Virus record (IMG/VR): IMGVR_UViG_3300032374_000005
Coordinates: 1 to 46,108 of that record
DNA from: a virus
Strand: one strand, 5' to 3'
Length of the DNA: 46,108 nt
Shown here: one piece after another, positions 25,746-33,176 of the stretch
Numbering within the stretch: position 1 is the first letter of the stretch
Layout: each line of letters begins with the position of its first letter
Notes under the pieces: generated by a model
Databases searched by the model: none
Told to the model about the DNA's origin: nothing
Seen by the model: the letters and a program-made list of their open reading frames with translations, nothing else
Made by a program: the position numbers and the translations under genes

Positions 25746-27182
25746 TCATGCGGCCTCCTCCACGAACCTGGAGACGCGATGATCGAACGAAACGGTGACG
25801 CTGCCCTTCTTGCCGGGCAGCCCCATGCGGACCTTGGTCACTCGCAATTCAGCGCGGTTCTCGTCGGGCCGCGCGCGGTGATAAGTCAGGCCATAGTCCG
25901 CTTTATTGGCCCAATTAGCCGACCCGCTGATGTCGTACAGACCGGGGACGCGAGACTTGCCCTCGCCCGGCTTTGTCGGGTGCGCGACGATCCAGAAGGC
26001 GACTTGGTACTCTTTGGCGAAGCGCTTGATCGCTCTAAGGGCGCGGCTGATGTAGTCCGTCTCGGTCTCGTCGCGGCGACGCTTGTGCTCCAGCTCGTTC
26101 CACGGATCGAGCAACACCAGCCGGACACCATCGCGGATCACTGCTGTTCGGCAGAGGTCTAGGAAGAAGTCCAGATCCATTTCATCGTCTTCATCGACCA
26201 GCTGGGTAATGATCCGGACGTTCTCGGTGATAATTTCGTCTACCCGCCGCATGTCCTTGGTCTGTGCATCGTGGAGCGAGCATTGGGCTACCGAAGCACG
26301 CAGGTGGTCGCGCAGGATTGGCTTCACATCCGTCTCGAATGAGGCGATGCAGATCGGCACGTTGTGGCGCACGAGATGCCCGGCGATCGCGTTCATCACC
26401 GTCGACTTGCCCATGTTGGCGTAGCCGGTGAACACGGTGAGCGTACCAGGCACGATCGCCATCATCTCGTCGAGAGGAGCAATGCCGGTGCTGAACGCCT
26501 GCACCTCCCCCTTCTCCGGGAAGTCCGCCAGCGTGTAGAGCCCCTTGATCGGGTACGGCTTGGCCTCGTCGAGCATCTGGGCAAGTGCCGTGTGGTCGTG
26601 CAGCCGCGCCACATCGCCAGCGTCCTTGCACCCTTCCGGGTAGGTGACGAACAGGCACCGCTCAGGGCCGAATAGCCGGCAAAGGTCCGCCGCGAGCGCC
26701 CGGCCCGCTTCGTCATTGTCGACGCACAGGATGACCTGCCGCACCTTGGACAGCAGCGGCTCGCATCGCCAGAACCACTGATACCGCTTCCCCTCGGTCA
26801 GTGCCTCGTCGTCAGACGAGGTGCGCGGCGCGCCGTTGGGCACAGAGACCACCCGGCGCTTGCCGGCCGTGAGGATCGTGAGCGCGTCCCACTCCCCCTC
26901 CGTCACGATCAGCGGCTGGCTGGCGAGTGACTCGTCCAACAGCGCGTCGTGGTTCCACAGGGTCAGCGGCGCGTCGTCGTCCATCTGGTAGGCGTGCGCT
27001 TCCGACGTGACCCGGTACTTGTGGTTCACCACCCGGGCCTGCTCGAAATACGGGACCGCCAGCCAATTGCGGTTGCCCCGCTGCACGGTGAAAAGCCCGA
27101 ATTTTTCGGCCAGCGTCGGGTCGATGCCCCGGGCGTCCAGCCAATCGGCGTGAGGCTTCTTCAGATCCACGGCTTCCGTCAC
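25746..27182 (-). CDS. Primase-helicase (Toprim plus DnaB/gp4-like RecA-fold helicase), lacking its Zn ribbon in this frame
   Basis: 478 aa from GTG 27182. Toprim: LIVTEGEWDALT ... ILCVDNDEAGRALA. Walker A: GYANMGKST. Walker B-like: LVLLDPWNELE. Confidence 0.88.
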   Translation of the reverse strand: MTEAVDLKKPHADWLDARGIDPTLAEKFGLFTVQRGNRNWLAVPYFEQARVVNHKYRVTSEAHAYQMDDDAPLTLWNHDALLDESLASQPLIVTEGEWDALTILTAGKRRVVSVPNGAPRTSSDDEALTEGKRYQWFWRCEPLLSKVRQVILCVDNDEAGRALAADLCRLFGPERCLFVTYPEGCKDAGDVARLHDHTALAQMLDEAKPYPIKGLYTLADFPEKGEVQAFSTGIAPLDEMMAIVPGTLTVFTGYANMGKSTVMNAIAGHLVRHNVPICIASFETDVKPILRDHLRASVAQCSLHDAQTKDMRRVDEIITENVRIITQLVDEDDEMDLDFFLDLCRTAVIRDGVRLVLLDPWNELEHKRRRDETETDYISRALRAIKRFAKEYQVAFWIVAHPTKPGEGKSRVPGLYDISGSANWANKADYGLTYHRARPDENRAELRVTKVRMGLPGKKGSVTVSFDHRVSRFVEEAA

Positions 27183-27183
27183 T

Positions 27184-27363
27184 CCATTGGCAATGGTGGC
27201 AAAATGCGGCCCAGCCCTCGGCGTCGATCAGGACGGCAAGGCACCGCTCGGTCTTCTTCTTCCGCTGGTGCGAGCATTGCGGGCAGGTGGCTCGGTGCTC
27301 GCCTTGCCCGTGCGACCGCAGCGAGATGCGCGCGGCGGCGAGTTGCTCGCTGATCCTCAGCAT
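27184..27363 (-). CDS. Primase zinc-ribbon segment, in a different frame from the Toprim-helicase body (frameshifted, programmed +1, or indel)
   Basis: First 60 codons of track ORF 26812..27363: MLRISEQ...ATCPQCSHQRKKKTERCLAVLIDAEGWAAFCHHCQW (CxxC...CxxC). After this point the frame turns into Arg/Gly/Pro-rich junk that overlaps the helicase ORF. Confidence 0.6.
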
Positions 27364-27974
27364 AGCGGGCCATCCGCGACTTCCCGGGCCATCAAGCGAA
27401 ACCTGCCCTGAATGAACTCGACCGGATCAACCGCCCTGGCGACCTGAGCGGCGGCGATGGCAGAGGCGGTTGCCTCCCGTCCGTGATCACGAACCCACTT
27501 GCCGATCAGCGAGCCCTTCGACTTCCCCAGGTAGGATTTCGATGCGTCCCAAAACGCCTTGTCTGGATCGTCGATCGCGCCGTTATCTTTAGATAACGGA
27601 ACGTCTGTATCTGTATCTGTATCTGGTGCCGTTCCGGACTGCGTTTCAGCCTGTTTCTTGGAACGCTCCCTGAAACGTTTCACTCTGCCTGTTGAAACGT
27701 CGGACTTGTATTGCCGCGCGCCCCATCCGTGAGGAATGAAACGGTCGCCGTCCTTGTCGAGCAGCCCGGACGCCACTAGCCGCGCGACGACCGCGGCACC
27801 CTTCTTCGGGTCGAGCCGAAGAGCGAAAGCGATGTCCTCAACGGGCGGCAGCGAGCCATCATGGCGGGAGGCGAGACACAGGATATTGATCCACGCCTTG
27901 AAATCGTCGCCGGCTAGGCGCTGCACCTTGGGGTCGTCCAGCAGCTCGTTGTAGAGGCGGAACCATGGGGTCAC
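27357..27974 (-). CDS. Replisome organiser / replication initiator (lambda O-position, DUF1376-like N-terminus)
   Basis: 205 aa. MTPWFRLYNELLDDPKVQRLAGDDFKAWINILCLAS... has a winged-helix-like N-domain, then a low-complexity linker (TDTDTD) and a C-domain. Lies upstream of the primase-helicase. Confidence 0.7.
   Translation of the reverse strand: MTPWFRLYNELLDDPKVQRLAGDDFKAWINILCLASRHDGSLPPVEDIAFALRLDPKKGAAVVARLVASGLLDKDGDRFIPHGWGARQYKSDVSTGRVKRFRERSKKQAETQSGTAPDTDTDTDVPLSKDNGAIDDPDKAFWDASKSYLGKSKGSLIGKWVRDHGREATASAIAAAQVARAVDPVEFIQGRFRLMAREVADGPLC
27582..27700. other. Candidate replication origin inside the organiser gene
   Basis: Locally AT-richer stretch. Palindrome GTTATCTTTAGATAAC (27582-27597). 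GGAACG/CGTTCC flank (TCTGTA)x3 (27604-27625). 12-nt palindrome TGAAACGTTTCA (27671-27682). Further GAAACG/CGTTTC copies. Confidence 0.4.
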
Positions 27975-28423
27975 AGAGCACCTCGCATGTCGATGTCGTC
28001 GTCGGCGATCGTCTCCATGACGATCACCAGCCGCGGGTTTTCCGCGTACCGCTTGCGCACCGTGAGATCGGTCACCAGCGCGTCGTCGCGGAATAGAATG
28101 GCGTTGCAGCCATCCAGCGCCGCCTTGGCGTAATTGTCTGCGTCGGGGCGCGTCCCAGGAACGATCCGTCCCTCGATCGCCGCCAGGCGCTTGGCCTTCG
28201 ACATAGATGCGGGGATCTGCACGTAGGCGGTGACCGACAGCGCCACGGGCTCGTTCATGGGCATCCGATCGCCCATCGCCATGGCCGCGGCGATCCGCAC
28301 GGCATCCTCATACCGCTGCGTCTTCTCGGGCGTGTACATGCGCGCATGACCGCCGCGAACAGACACGCGAGCCCGCCCTTTTGCGACGGGCTTGCCCGGC
28401 ACCGAGAAGGTGATGAAGCTCAC
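27971..28423 (-). CDS. rusA: RusA-family Holliday junction resolvase
   Basis: GKPVAKGRARV ... RPDADNYAKAALDGCNAILFRDDALV matches the RusA pattern. Start is probably GTG 28423 (GTGA overlap); the track gives ATG 28438. Confidence 0.85.
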   Translation of the reverse strand: MSFITFSVPGKPVAKGRARVSVRGGHARMYTPEKTQRYEDAVRIAAAMAMGDRMPMNEPVALSVTAYVQIPASMSKAKRLAAIEGRIVPGTRPDADNYAKAALDGCNAILFRDDALVTDLTVRKRYAENPRLVIVMETIADDDIDMRGAL

Positions 28424-29130
28424 GCGGCCTGCCTCCACCCCAGCCGCTCCGCACGCGCGATGATCTCGCCAGCGGTCAGCACCGTCGACCCGCGCCGGTA
28501 GTGCGAGCCGGCCGGGTCGTACTTGCCCGCGGCATCACAGCGGATCACCGGACCCAGCCGGCGCAGATAGTCGGCCGCCTGCCCCGCGACGGACAGATCG
28601 CGCATGAGCGGCACCGGGGCGGGCTTGTGAAACGGCAGTAGCTTGGCGGTCGTGACCGACTTGCTTCCCTTCGGCCTGCCGGTCCCGAAAGGCTGCTTGC
28701 GGAGTGCCAGCTCGCTCGCCCAGCGGCGAACGGTCGCCTTCCCGGCAGCGTAGTGCGCGCACAGGTCCGCGACCGTCATCTGCCCGTGCTTGTCAGCGAA
28801 GTCCGCCGGCCGGGCCTTGGCGTGCGTGCCGGCCTGCATTGGCGCCCGACCCACTGCAGCGCACCACTGCCCCAGGACGTGATGGCCGACGCCGTACCGC
28901 GCCCGCAGCTGGTCCCGCGTCTCCCGCGTCGCATGCTCGGCGAAGTCGGCAGGCACCGGACGTACACGGCCGATCCGAAACGTGCCGAGGCCGTGTCTCG
29001 CGACCCACTTGGTGATGGCGCTTTCTCCGACGCCAACCGCCGTAGCGATCTCGCGACGGCTGCGGCCCGCGGCGATATCCGCGCGAATGCGATCAAGCAG
29101 CTCGGGGGTGTGGCGTGCGGGAGCGCTCAT
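28420..29130 (-). CDS. DNA-binding protein with N-terminal HTH
   Basis: 236 aa from ATG 29130 (MSAPARHTPELLDRIRADIAAGRSRREIATAVGVGESAITKWV...). Track ORF 28420..29169 trimmed. ATGA overlap with the upstream small gene. Confidence 0.7.
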   Translation of the reverse strand: MSAPARHTPELLDRIRADIAAGRSRREIATAVGVGESAITKWVARHGLGTFRIGRVRPVPADFAEHATRETRDQLRARYGVGHHVLGQWCAAVGRAPMQAGTHAKARPADFADKHGQMTVADLCAHYAAGKATVRRWASELALRKQPFGTGRPKGSKSVTTAKLLPFHKPAPVPLMRDLSVAGQAADYLRRLGPVIRCDAAGKYDPAGSHYRRGSTVLTAGEIIARAERLGWRQAA

Positions 29131-29294
29131 GCCGCCTGCCTCCCGAGATCGCGGCGGATGCACGACCAAGCGTTGGCCACCTGGTGGCGGCTGATACCCA
29201 TCTGCAACGCGGCCTCAGTAAAGCTGGGGCAGCCGTTCGCCATCAGCTCGGCGAGGTCAGCTTTCCGCTGCTGGTTGATGCGCTGGGCCGTCAT
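29127..29294 (-). CDS. Small HTH protein (below the 60-aa track threshold)
   Basis: 55 aa, own translation: MTAQRINQQRKADLAELMANGCPSFTEAALQMGISRHQVANAWSCIRRDLGRQAA. ATGA overlaps at both ends. Confidence 0.65.
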   Translation of the reverse strand: MTAQRINQQRKADLAELMANGCPSFTEAALQMGISRHQVANAWSCIRRDLGRQAA

Positions 29295-29755
29295 GCCGCC
29301 CCTCCCGCGCTCGAAAGCGGCAGCACCGTAGCGATGATCAGGTCCGCAGCTTCCCGACAGGCCGGCGCTTCGGTGTGGTCGATCCGGCCGTCCGCCGCGG
29401 CGGTAGCGATGGTGGACAGGTGCTGCATTGCAGTTGCGGCGACCAGCATCGGCTGCATCGCGTCGCCGTCATCCAGCGGGCGGGCTGCATACTGGATCGT
29501 CGCCAGCAAGGCGCTTACCGCCTCCTCACCCAAGGCGTAGGCGATGCAGAGCGCATCTTCGCACGCGACCCGACGCTGCTTGCTCGCATCGCGCGACACG
29601 ATGGCGTCAATGGTGTGGACGTTGACCCGGCTTTCCGTCGCCAGGGACAGGCGGGTGAAGTCGCGATTGTCGTATGCGCGCTTGATGTGGCGGCGCAACA
29701 CGTTGCGGATACGTTCGTCCGACGTGATTGCGCCATTTTGGACAGATTGATCCAT
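29291..29755 (-). CDS. Hypothetical regulator-like protein (HTH-like N-terminal half)
   Basis: 154 aa. FTRLSLATESRVNVHTIDAIVSRD is HTH-like. Function unknown. Confidence 0.7.
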   Translation of the reverse strand: MDQSVQNGAITSDERIRNVLRRHIKRAYDNRDFTRLSLATESRVNVHTIDAIVSRDASKQRRVACEDALCIAYALGEEAVSALLATIQYAARPLDDGDAMQPMLVAATAMQHLSTIATAAADGRIDHTEAPACREAADLIIATVLPLSSAGGAA

Positions 29756-29757
29756 GT

Positions 29758-29937
29758 CTATCTGGCACCTGTGCTGGTGTGAGAAACGATCCCGCCCTCC
29801 CCCTCTCGACCTTCATCCACCGCCTGCTGGCGGCGATCGCCCGCGCGGATGAAGGCGCCGGCGAGGATGCTGGCGGGGATGGACACCAGGAACCACGCGA
29901 GGGCCGCGGCGATGGCGAGGGCTTGGGCGGGGGTCAT
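29758..29937 (-). CDS. Small single-pass membrane protein (below track threshold)
   Basis: 59 aa, own translation: MTPAQALAIAAALAWFLVSIPASILAGAFIRAGDRRQQAVDEGREGEGGIVSHTSTGAR. ATGA overlap with the methyltransferase stop. Confidence 0.6.
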   Translation of the reverse strand: MTPAQALAIAAALAWFLVSIPASILAGAFIRAGDRRQQAVDEGREGEGGIVSHTSTGAR

Positions 29938-31193
29938 GCTGCGCGGTCCAGTGCGGAGGCGACAAAGTGATCCACCGCAGCGATCCGCTCACCGATCCAG
30001 CGCATCACCGGCACGGCCATGCTGTTCCCGAGCGCCTTGTAGCGCGGGCCGTCAGCCATCGGCTTCCCCCGGTGCGGGACCAGCGTGTAGTCGTCAGGAA
30101 ATCCTTGAAGGCGCTCGCACTCGCGCGGAGTCAGGCGGCGGACGGTGCTGCCGTACTGGACAGACGCATGTCCTCCGCCATTCGTGTGGCTGTCCTTGTG
30201 ACCCATGCTCCGCAGCGTCGACATGATCTCGCCAATGCCGAAGCCGTTTTGACCAGAGGCCTTGCAATCAAAAGCGAGGGGCTGGCAGACGGCACCAACA
30301 CCAAGCCCCCCGCGGCCGCCGTTTGGTGTCAGGATTGCATTGGCTGTGCCGTCGTTGCGCCATTCCAGGTTGGGTACGCCGTCCCGTCCACGCTCCATGA
30401 GAACGAACGTCTCACTCTCGAAGTCCTGACGGCCATGCGGGTCACCATGCGAGTTCAGCGCGGCGGCCACGTCAATCGGTCCGCGAGTGTCGTTCCCGCC
30501 GAAAGCCTGTGCTACGAGGTGCCCCGCTTGGGCCTGGTTATCGTCCGCGCCGCACGTACCAACGCCAGCCGAAGTGAGCGCGGCAACTGCCTTGAGCGCG
30601 CCCGCGCGCGGCGCAGGATGCCCCGACAGGCTGTGGCGCTCAGAAAGTACCGCTGCGGCACCTCTCCAATTTCCAGCACATCCGACAACGAACACGCGGC
30701 GGCGGCGCTGTGGAACTCCGAAGAACTGAGCGTCCAGAACTCGGTAGGCGAACCCATACCCGAGTTCCCCCAGCCCCCCGAGGATGGCTCCAAACGCCCG
30801 CCCTCCGTCGATCGACAGGACGCCGGGGACGTTCTCCCACACCACCCAGCGGGGCCGTGCGCGATCAGCAAGGCGGAGAAACTCAAGCGAGAGGTTGCCA
30901 CGGTCTCCATCCAGTCCCGCTCGGAGGCCGGCGACGGAGAAGTCTTGGCAGGGGGTACCTCCGACAAGAAGGTCAATTGGGCCATATTCGTCGCCCTTGA
31001 TCGTGGTGAAGTCGCCGTGCAGCGGCACATCGGGATAGTGGTGGGCGAGCACGGCGCGCGGCGCGGCTTCGATCTCGCTGTAGGCTGCGGCCTGCCAGCC
31101 GAGCGACTTCCACGCGACGGTGGACGCGCTGATCCCGGCGCATACGTCGAGGTAGCGCATAGCCGCGCCAATCCTCTCCACCCGCCCCGTCAC
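29934..31193 (-). CDS. DNA (cytosine-5)-methyltransferase, orphan
   Basis: 419 aa. Motifs: DVCAGIS (I), GGTPCQDFSVAG (IV), VVWENVPG (VI), QRRRRVFVVG (VIII), TPRECERLQGFPDDYT and GNSMAVPV (IX-X). No nuclease gene recognised next to it. Confidence 0.93.
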   Translation of the reverse strand: MTGRVERIGAAMRYLDVCAGISASTVAWKSLGWQAAAYSEIEAAPRAVLAHHYPDVPLHGDFTTIKGDEYGPIDLLVGGTPCQDFSVAGLRAGLDGDRGNLSLEFLRLADRARPRWVVWENVPGVLSIDGGRAFGAILGGLGELGYGFAYRVLDAQFFGVPQRRRRVFVVGCAGNWRGAAAVLSERHSLSGHPAPRAGALKAVAALTSAGVGTCGADDNQAQAGHLVAQAFGGNDTRGPIDVAAALNSHGDPHGRQDFESETFVLMERGRDGVPNLEWRNDGTANAILTPNGGRGGLGVGAVCQPLAFDCKASGQNGFGIGEIMSTLRSMGHKDSHTNGGGHASVQYGSTVRRLTPRECERLQGFPDDYTLVPHRGKPMADGPRYKALGNSMAVPVMRWIGERIAAVDHFVASALDRAA

Positions 31194-31651
31194 GCAGCGA
31201 TCTCCCGCGTGTCGGAGGTGGGGAGCGCAATCAGCGCCTCGACCCAGAAGAAGCCATCGTCACCCGGCCCGGCAATGCCGTGGTCGCTCGGGTGCGGGTC
31301 GAGCACCGCCCCATCTTCATCAACCACGACGATGTGGTTCCAGTCGCCGCGGGGGGACTTGCCCGCCAGCGTCGCCGGGCCGCGCACCCAGTCGCCCATG
31401 ACTTCCAGCGCGCGCTCAGTGGTCGGCACATCCAGCGCAAAGGAGACAAGCCCTAACCCGCGCGATGCGAGCCAATTCGTCATCGCCTTGCGCCAGTCGG
31501 CGCCGCACTCATTGGGATCGCAGAAGTGAGGCACTTCCCGCGGCTCCAACCCGGTCAGCATGGCGATGCACGTCCGCTGGCAATCACCGTAGATGCCTTC
31601 CTCCGGCTTGTGCCCGTTCAGCTGGCGGCGATGCTTCACCAGCCCGCTCAT
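31190..31651 (-). CDS. Hypothetical protein with papain-like Cys...His signature (tentative)
   Basis: 153 aa from ATG 31651 (ATGA overlap; track ORF starts at 31687). YGDCQRTCIAMLTG ... DWNHIVVVDEDG resembles C39-like peptidase cores. Fold assignment is unverified. Confidence 0.6.
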   Translation of the reverse strand: MSGLVKHRRQLNGHKPEEGIYGDCQRTCIAMLTGLEPREVPHFCDPNECGADWRKAMTNWLASRGLGLVSFALDVPTTERALEVMGDWVRGPATLAGKSPRGDWNHIVVVDEDGAVLDPHPSDHGIAGPGDDGFFWVEALIALPTSDTREIAA

Positions 31652-31881
31652 GCTGCGATCCCCGGTGCTTGGGTGGTGGGGCGCCACGGCTCGATCTGCT
31701 CCAACAACGCGATTTGCGCCTCAGTCAGCCCAGCGATGCTGGGGTGCCTCCATCCCGTGCTGCGAAAGATGTGGATTGCGAGAGAGCGGCGCGGCTCGCG
31801 GCCGTTCACGATCTCGTTGGCGTAGGAGCGGCTGATGCCTGCCTTGTCCGCCAACTCGGTGTATCCGGGGGCTGTCGTCAT
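31648..31881 (-). CDS. Cro-like HTH regulator, first gene of the leftward arm
   Basis: 77 aa from ATG 31881 (the track start at 31887 is a TTG): MTTAPGYTELADKAGISRSYANEIVNGREP... The operator palindrome abuts the start. Confidence 0.75.
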   Translation of the reverse strand: MTTAPGYTELADKAGISRSYANEIVNGREPRRSLAIHIFRSTGWRHPSIAGLTEAQIALLEQIEPWRPTTQAPGIAA

Positions 31882-31888
31882 TCCCAAA

Positions 31889-31907
31889 CATTCGCAGATT
31901 GCGAATG
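31889..31907. promoter_or_regulatory. Operator, perfect inverted repeat CATTCGCA-GAT-TGCGAATG
   Basis: 8-3-8 perfect palindrome in the divergent intergenic region, 8 nt from the leftward gene ATG. Confidence 0.7.
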
Positions 31908-31958
31908 TGATAGCAAGGCCGGATTTTCGCAGAACCGGGAACGACCTTGATCTGGATC

Positions 31959-31975
31959 ATTCGCATACTGCGGAC
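31959..31975. promoter_or_regulatory. Operator variant ATTCGCA-TAC-TGCGGAC
   Basis: Same half-site with one mismatch. Ends 1 nt before ATG 31976. An extra TTCGCA half-site lies at 31926-31931. Confidence 0.55.
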
Positions 31976-32311
31976 ATGGATGATGCAGACGACAAGAACG
32001 GCGGCCCGAACCACCTTCGCGCTTGGATGCTCTACCGCAAGGTGAAGGGTGCCGACCTCGCCAAGGCCCTCGGCGGCGCTGTCACGCCCGGCATGGTCAG
32101 CGACCTTGCCAACAGCAAGCGCGCTTTGTCTGCGAAGTGGCTGCGGCGGATCGCTCCCCACCTGAGTACGACGCCGGGGATGCTGCTTGATCACGATCCG
32201 CACGAGCTACCCGCCGATATCATCGACATTTGGGGCAGCGCCAGCGACGGACAGCGCCGCCAGCTGGTCGATGTGGCGCGCGCCCTGGTCCGCACCGGCA
32301 CCGAAGGATAA
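31976..32311 (+). CDS. HTH (XRE-like) regulator, repressor candidate
   Basis: 111 aa from ATG 31976 (track ORF 31835..32311 trimmed): MDDADDKNGGPNHLRAWMLYRKVKGADLAKALGGAVTPGMVSDLANSKRALSAKWL... Confidence 0.7.
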   Translation: MDDADDKNGGPNHLRAWMLYRKVKGADLAKALGGAVTPGMVSDLANSKRALSAKWLRRIAPHLSTTPGMLLDHDPHELPADIIDIWGSASDGQRRQLVDVARALVRTGTEG

Positions 32312-32382
32312 CCGCTTTCCTACAACCTGACGACTGTGCAATCCTCAGGCCGCGGACGATTCACGTGTCTGCCTGATCGGTC

Positions 32383-32401
32383 TATTCGCAAATCGCGAAT
32401 A
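32383..32401. promoter_or_regulatory. Operator TATTCGC-AAATC-GCGAATA
   Basis: Perfect 7-5-7 inverted repeat with the same ATTCGC core, upstream of the rightward early operon. Confidence 0.6.
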
Positions 32402-32418
32402 TTCTTGTTGACCTGACA

Positions 32419-32433
32419 TTCGCAATCTGCGAA
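32419..32433. promoter_or_regulatory. Operator TTCGCA-ATC-TGCGAA next to a TTGACC -35-like hexamer
   Basis: Perfect 6-3-6 inverted repeat. TTGACC at 32408-32413. About 50 nt upstream of ATG 32484. Confidence 0.6.
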
Positions 32434-32483
32434 CACCGTCCCCAACACCGCCGCTACCCCAGCGCGCGGCATGGAGGACGAAG

Positions 32484-33176
32484 ATGGCAAGCCTGCCCGA
32501 GACGGTCGAGCGGATAGAAATCCGCAATCGCTGGACCAATCGCGTCCAGATCACAGCAGAAATCACCTGCGCACCAGACGCGACGATCGGCGTCAAACTA
32601 GGGCTGGCGATCCGTTGGGCGCGACGCAACGATGCCGACCTGCGCGGTGCCGACCTGCGCGATGCCGACCTGCGCGATGCCGACCTGAGCGGTGCCGTCC
32701 TGCGCGGTGCCGACCTGCGCGATGCCGACCTGAGCGGTGCCGACCTGCGCGATGCCGACCTGAGCGGTGCCGACCTGAGCGGTGCCGTCCTGCGCGGTGC
32801 CGACCTGCGCGGTGCCGACCTGAGCGGTGCCGACCTGAGCGGTGCCGACCTGCGCGATGCCGACCTGAGCGGTGCCCCCGTCATCAAGGACATTCACCAG
32901 CGCGTCTATGCAGCCGCCTCGCAGCCGAGCGCTTTGGACATGGGCGATTGGCACATCTGCGATACGACTCACTGCCGGGCCGGCTGGGTGGTGCACCTTG
33001 CTGGGGATGCTGGATACGAGCTTGAGCAGCGTATCGGCACCTCCGCTGCCGCTTCGCTGATCTACCTTGCCAGCGATCCGACCATCGCACGCTTTCCCGA
33101 CTTCTACTGCGGCAATGAGGAGGCCCTCGCCGACATGAAGGCGATGGCCGAAGCTGAAAAGGCGAAGGCAGCATGA
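32484..33176 (+). CDS. Pentapeptide-repeat protein with Cys/His-containing C-terminal domain
   Basis: 230 aa. About 16 consecutive A(D/V)L(R/S)(G/D) pentapeptides ([25 protein letters not shown]...), then [22 protein letters not shown]... Confidence 0.9.
   Translation: MASLPETVERIEIRNRWTNRVQITAEITCAPDATIGVKLGLAIRWARRNDADLRGADLRDADLRDADLSGAVLRGADLRDADLSGADLRDADLSGADLSGAVLRGADLRGADLSGADLSGADLRDADLSGAPVIKDIHQRVYAAASQPSALDMGDWHICDTTHCRAGWVVHLAGDAGYELEQRIGTSAAASLIYLASDPTIARFPDFYCGNEEALADMKAMAEAEKAKAA
32631..32875 (+). repeat. 15-nt tandem repeat array (coding, pentapeptide units)
   Basis: Units g(a/g)tgccg(a/t)cctg(c/a)gc repeated about 16 times with only about 3 variable positions. In frame within 32484..33176. 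Confidence 0.9.

Noticed and set aside
25531-25749. 72-aa listed ORF starting by ATGA overlap with the helicase stop.
   Set aside because: It is low-complexity Thr/Ser/Pro/Gly-rich, with lower third-position G+C (47/72 by hand count) than the overlapping 57-codon GTG frame 25571..25744 (45/57). It is kept only as the less likely alternative.
32598-32996. Regularly spaced repeats that could be mistaken for a CRISPR array or non-coding satellite. The antisense and alternative-frame ORFs 32345..32893, 32471..33025 and 32598..32996 (SAPLRSAP.../CRPARCRP.../AQVGTAQVG...) fall in the same category.
   Set aside because: The period is 15 nt with no unique spacers. The array is in frame within a full-length pentapeptide-repeat protein that has non-repetitive N- and C-domains. 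The other frames are by-products of the repeat.
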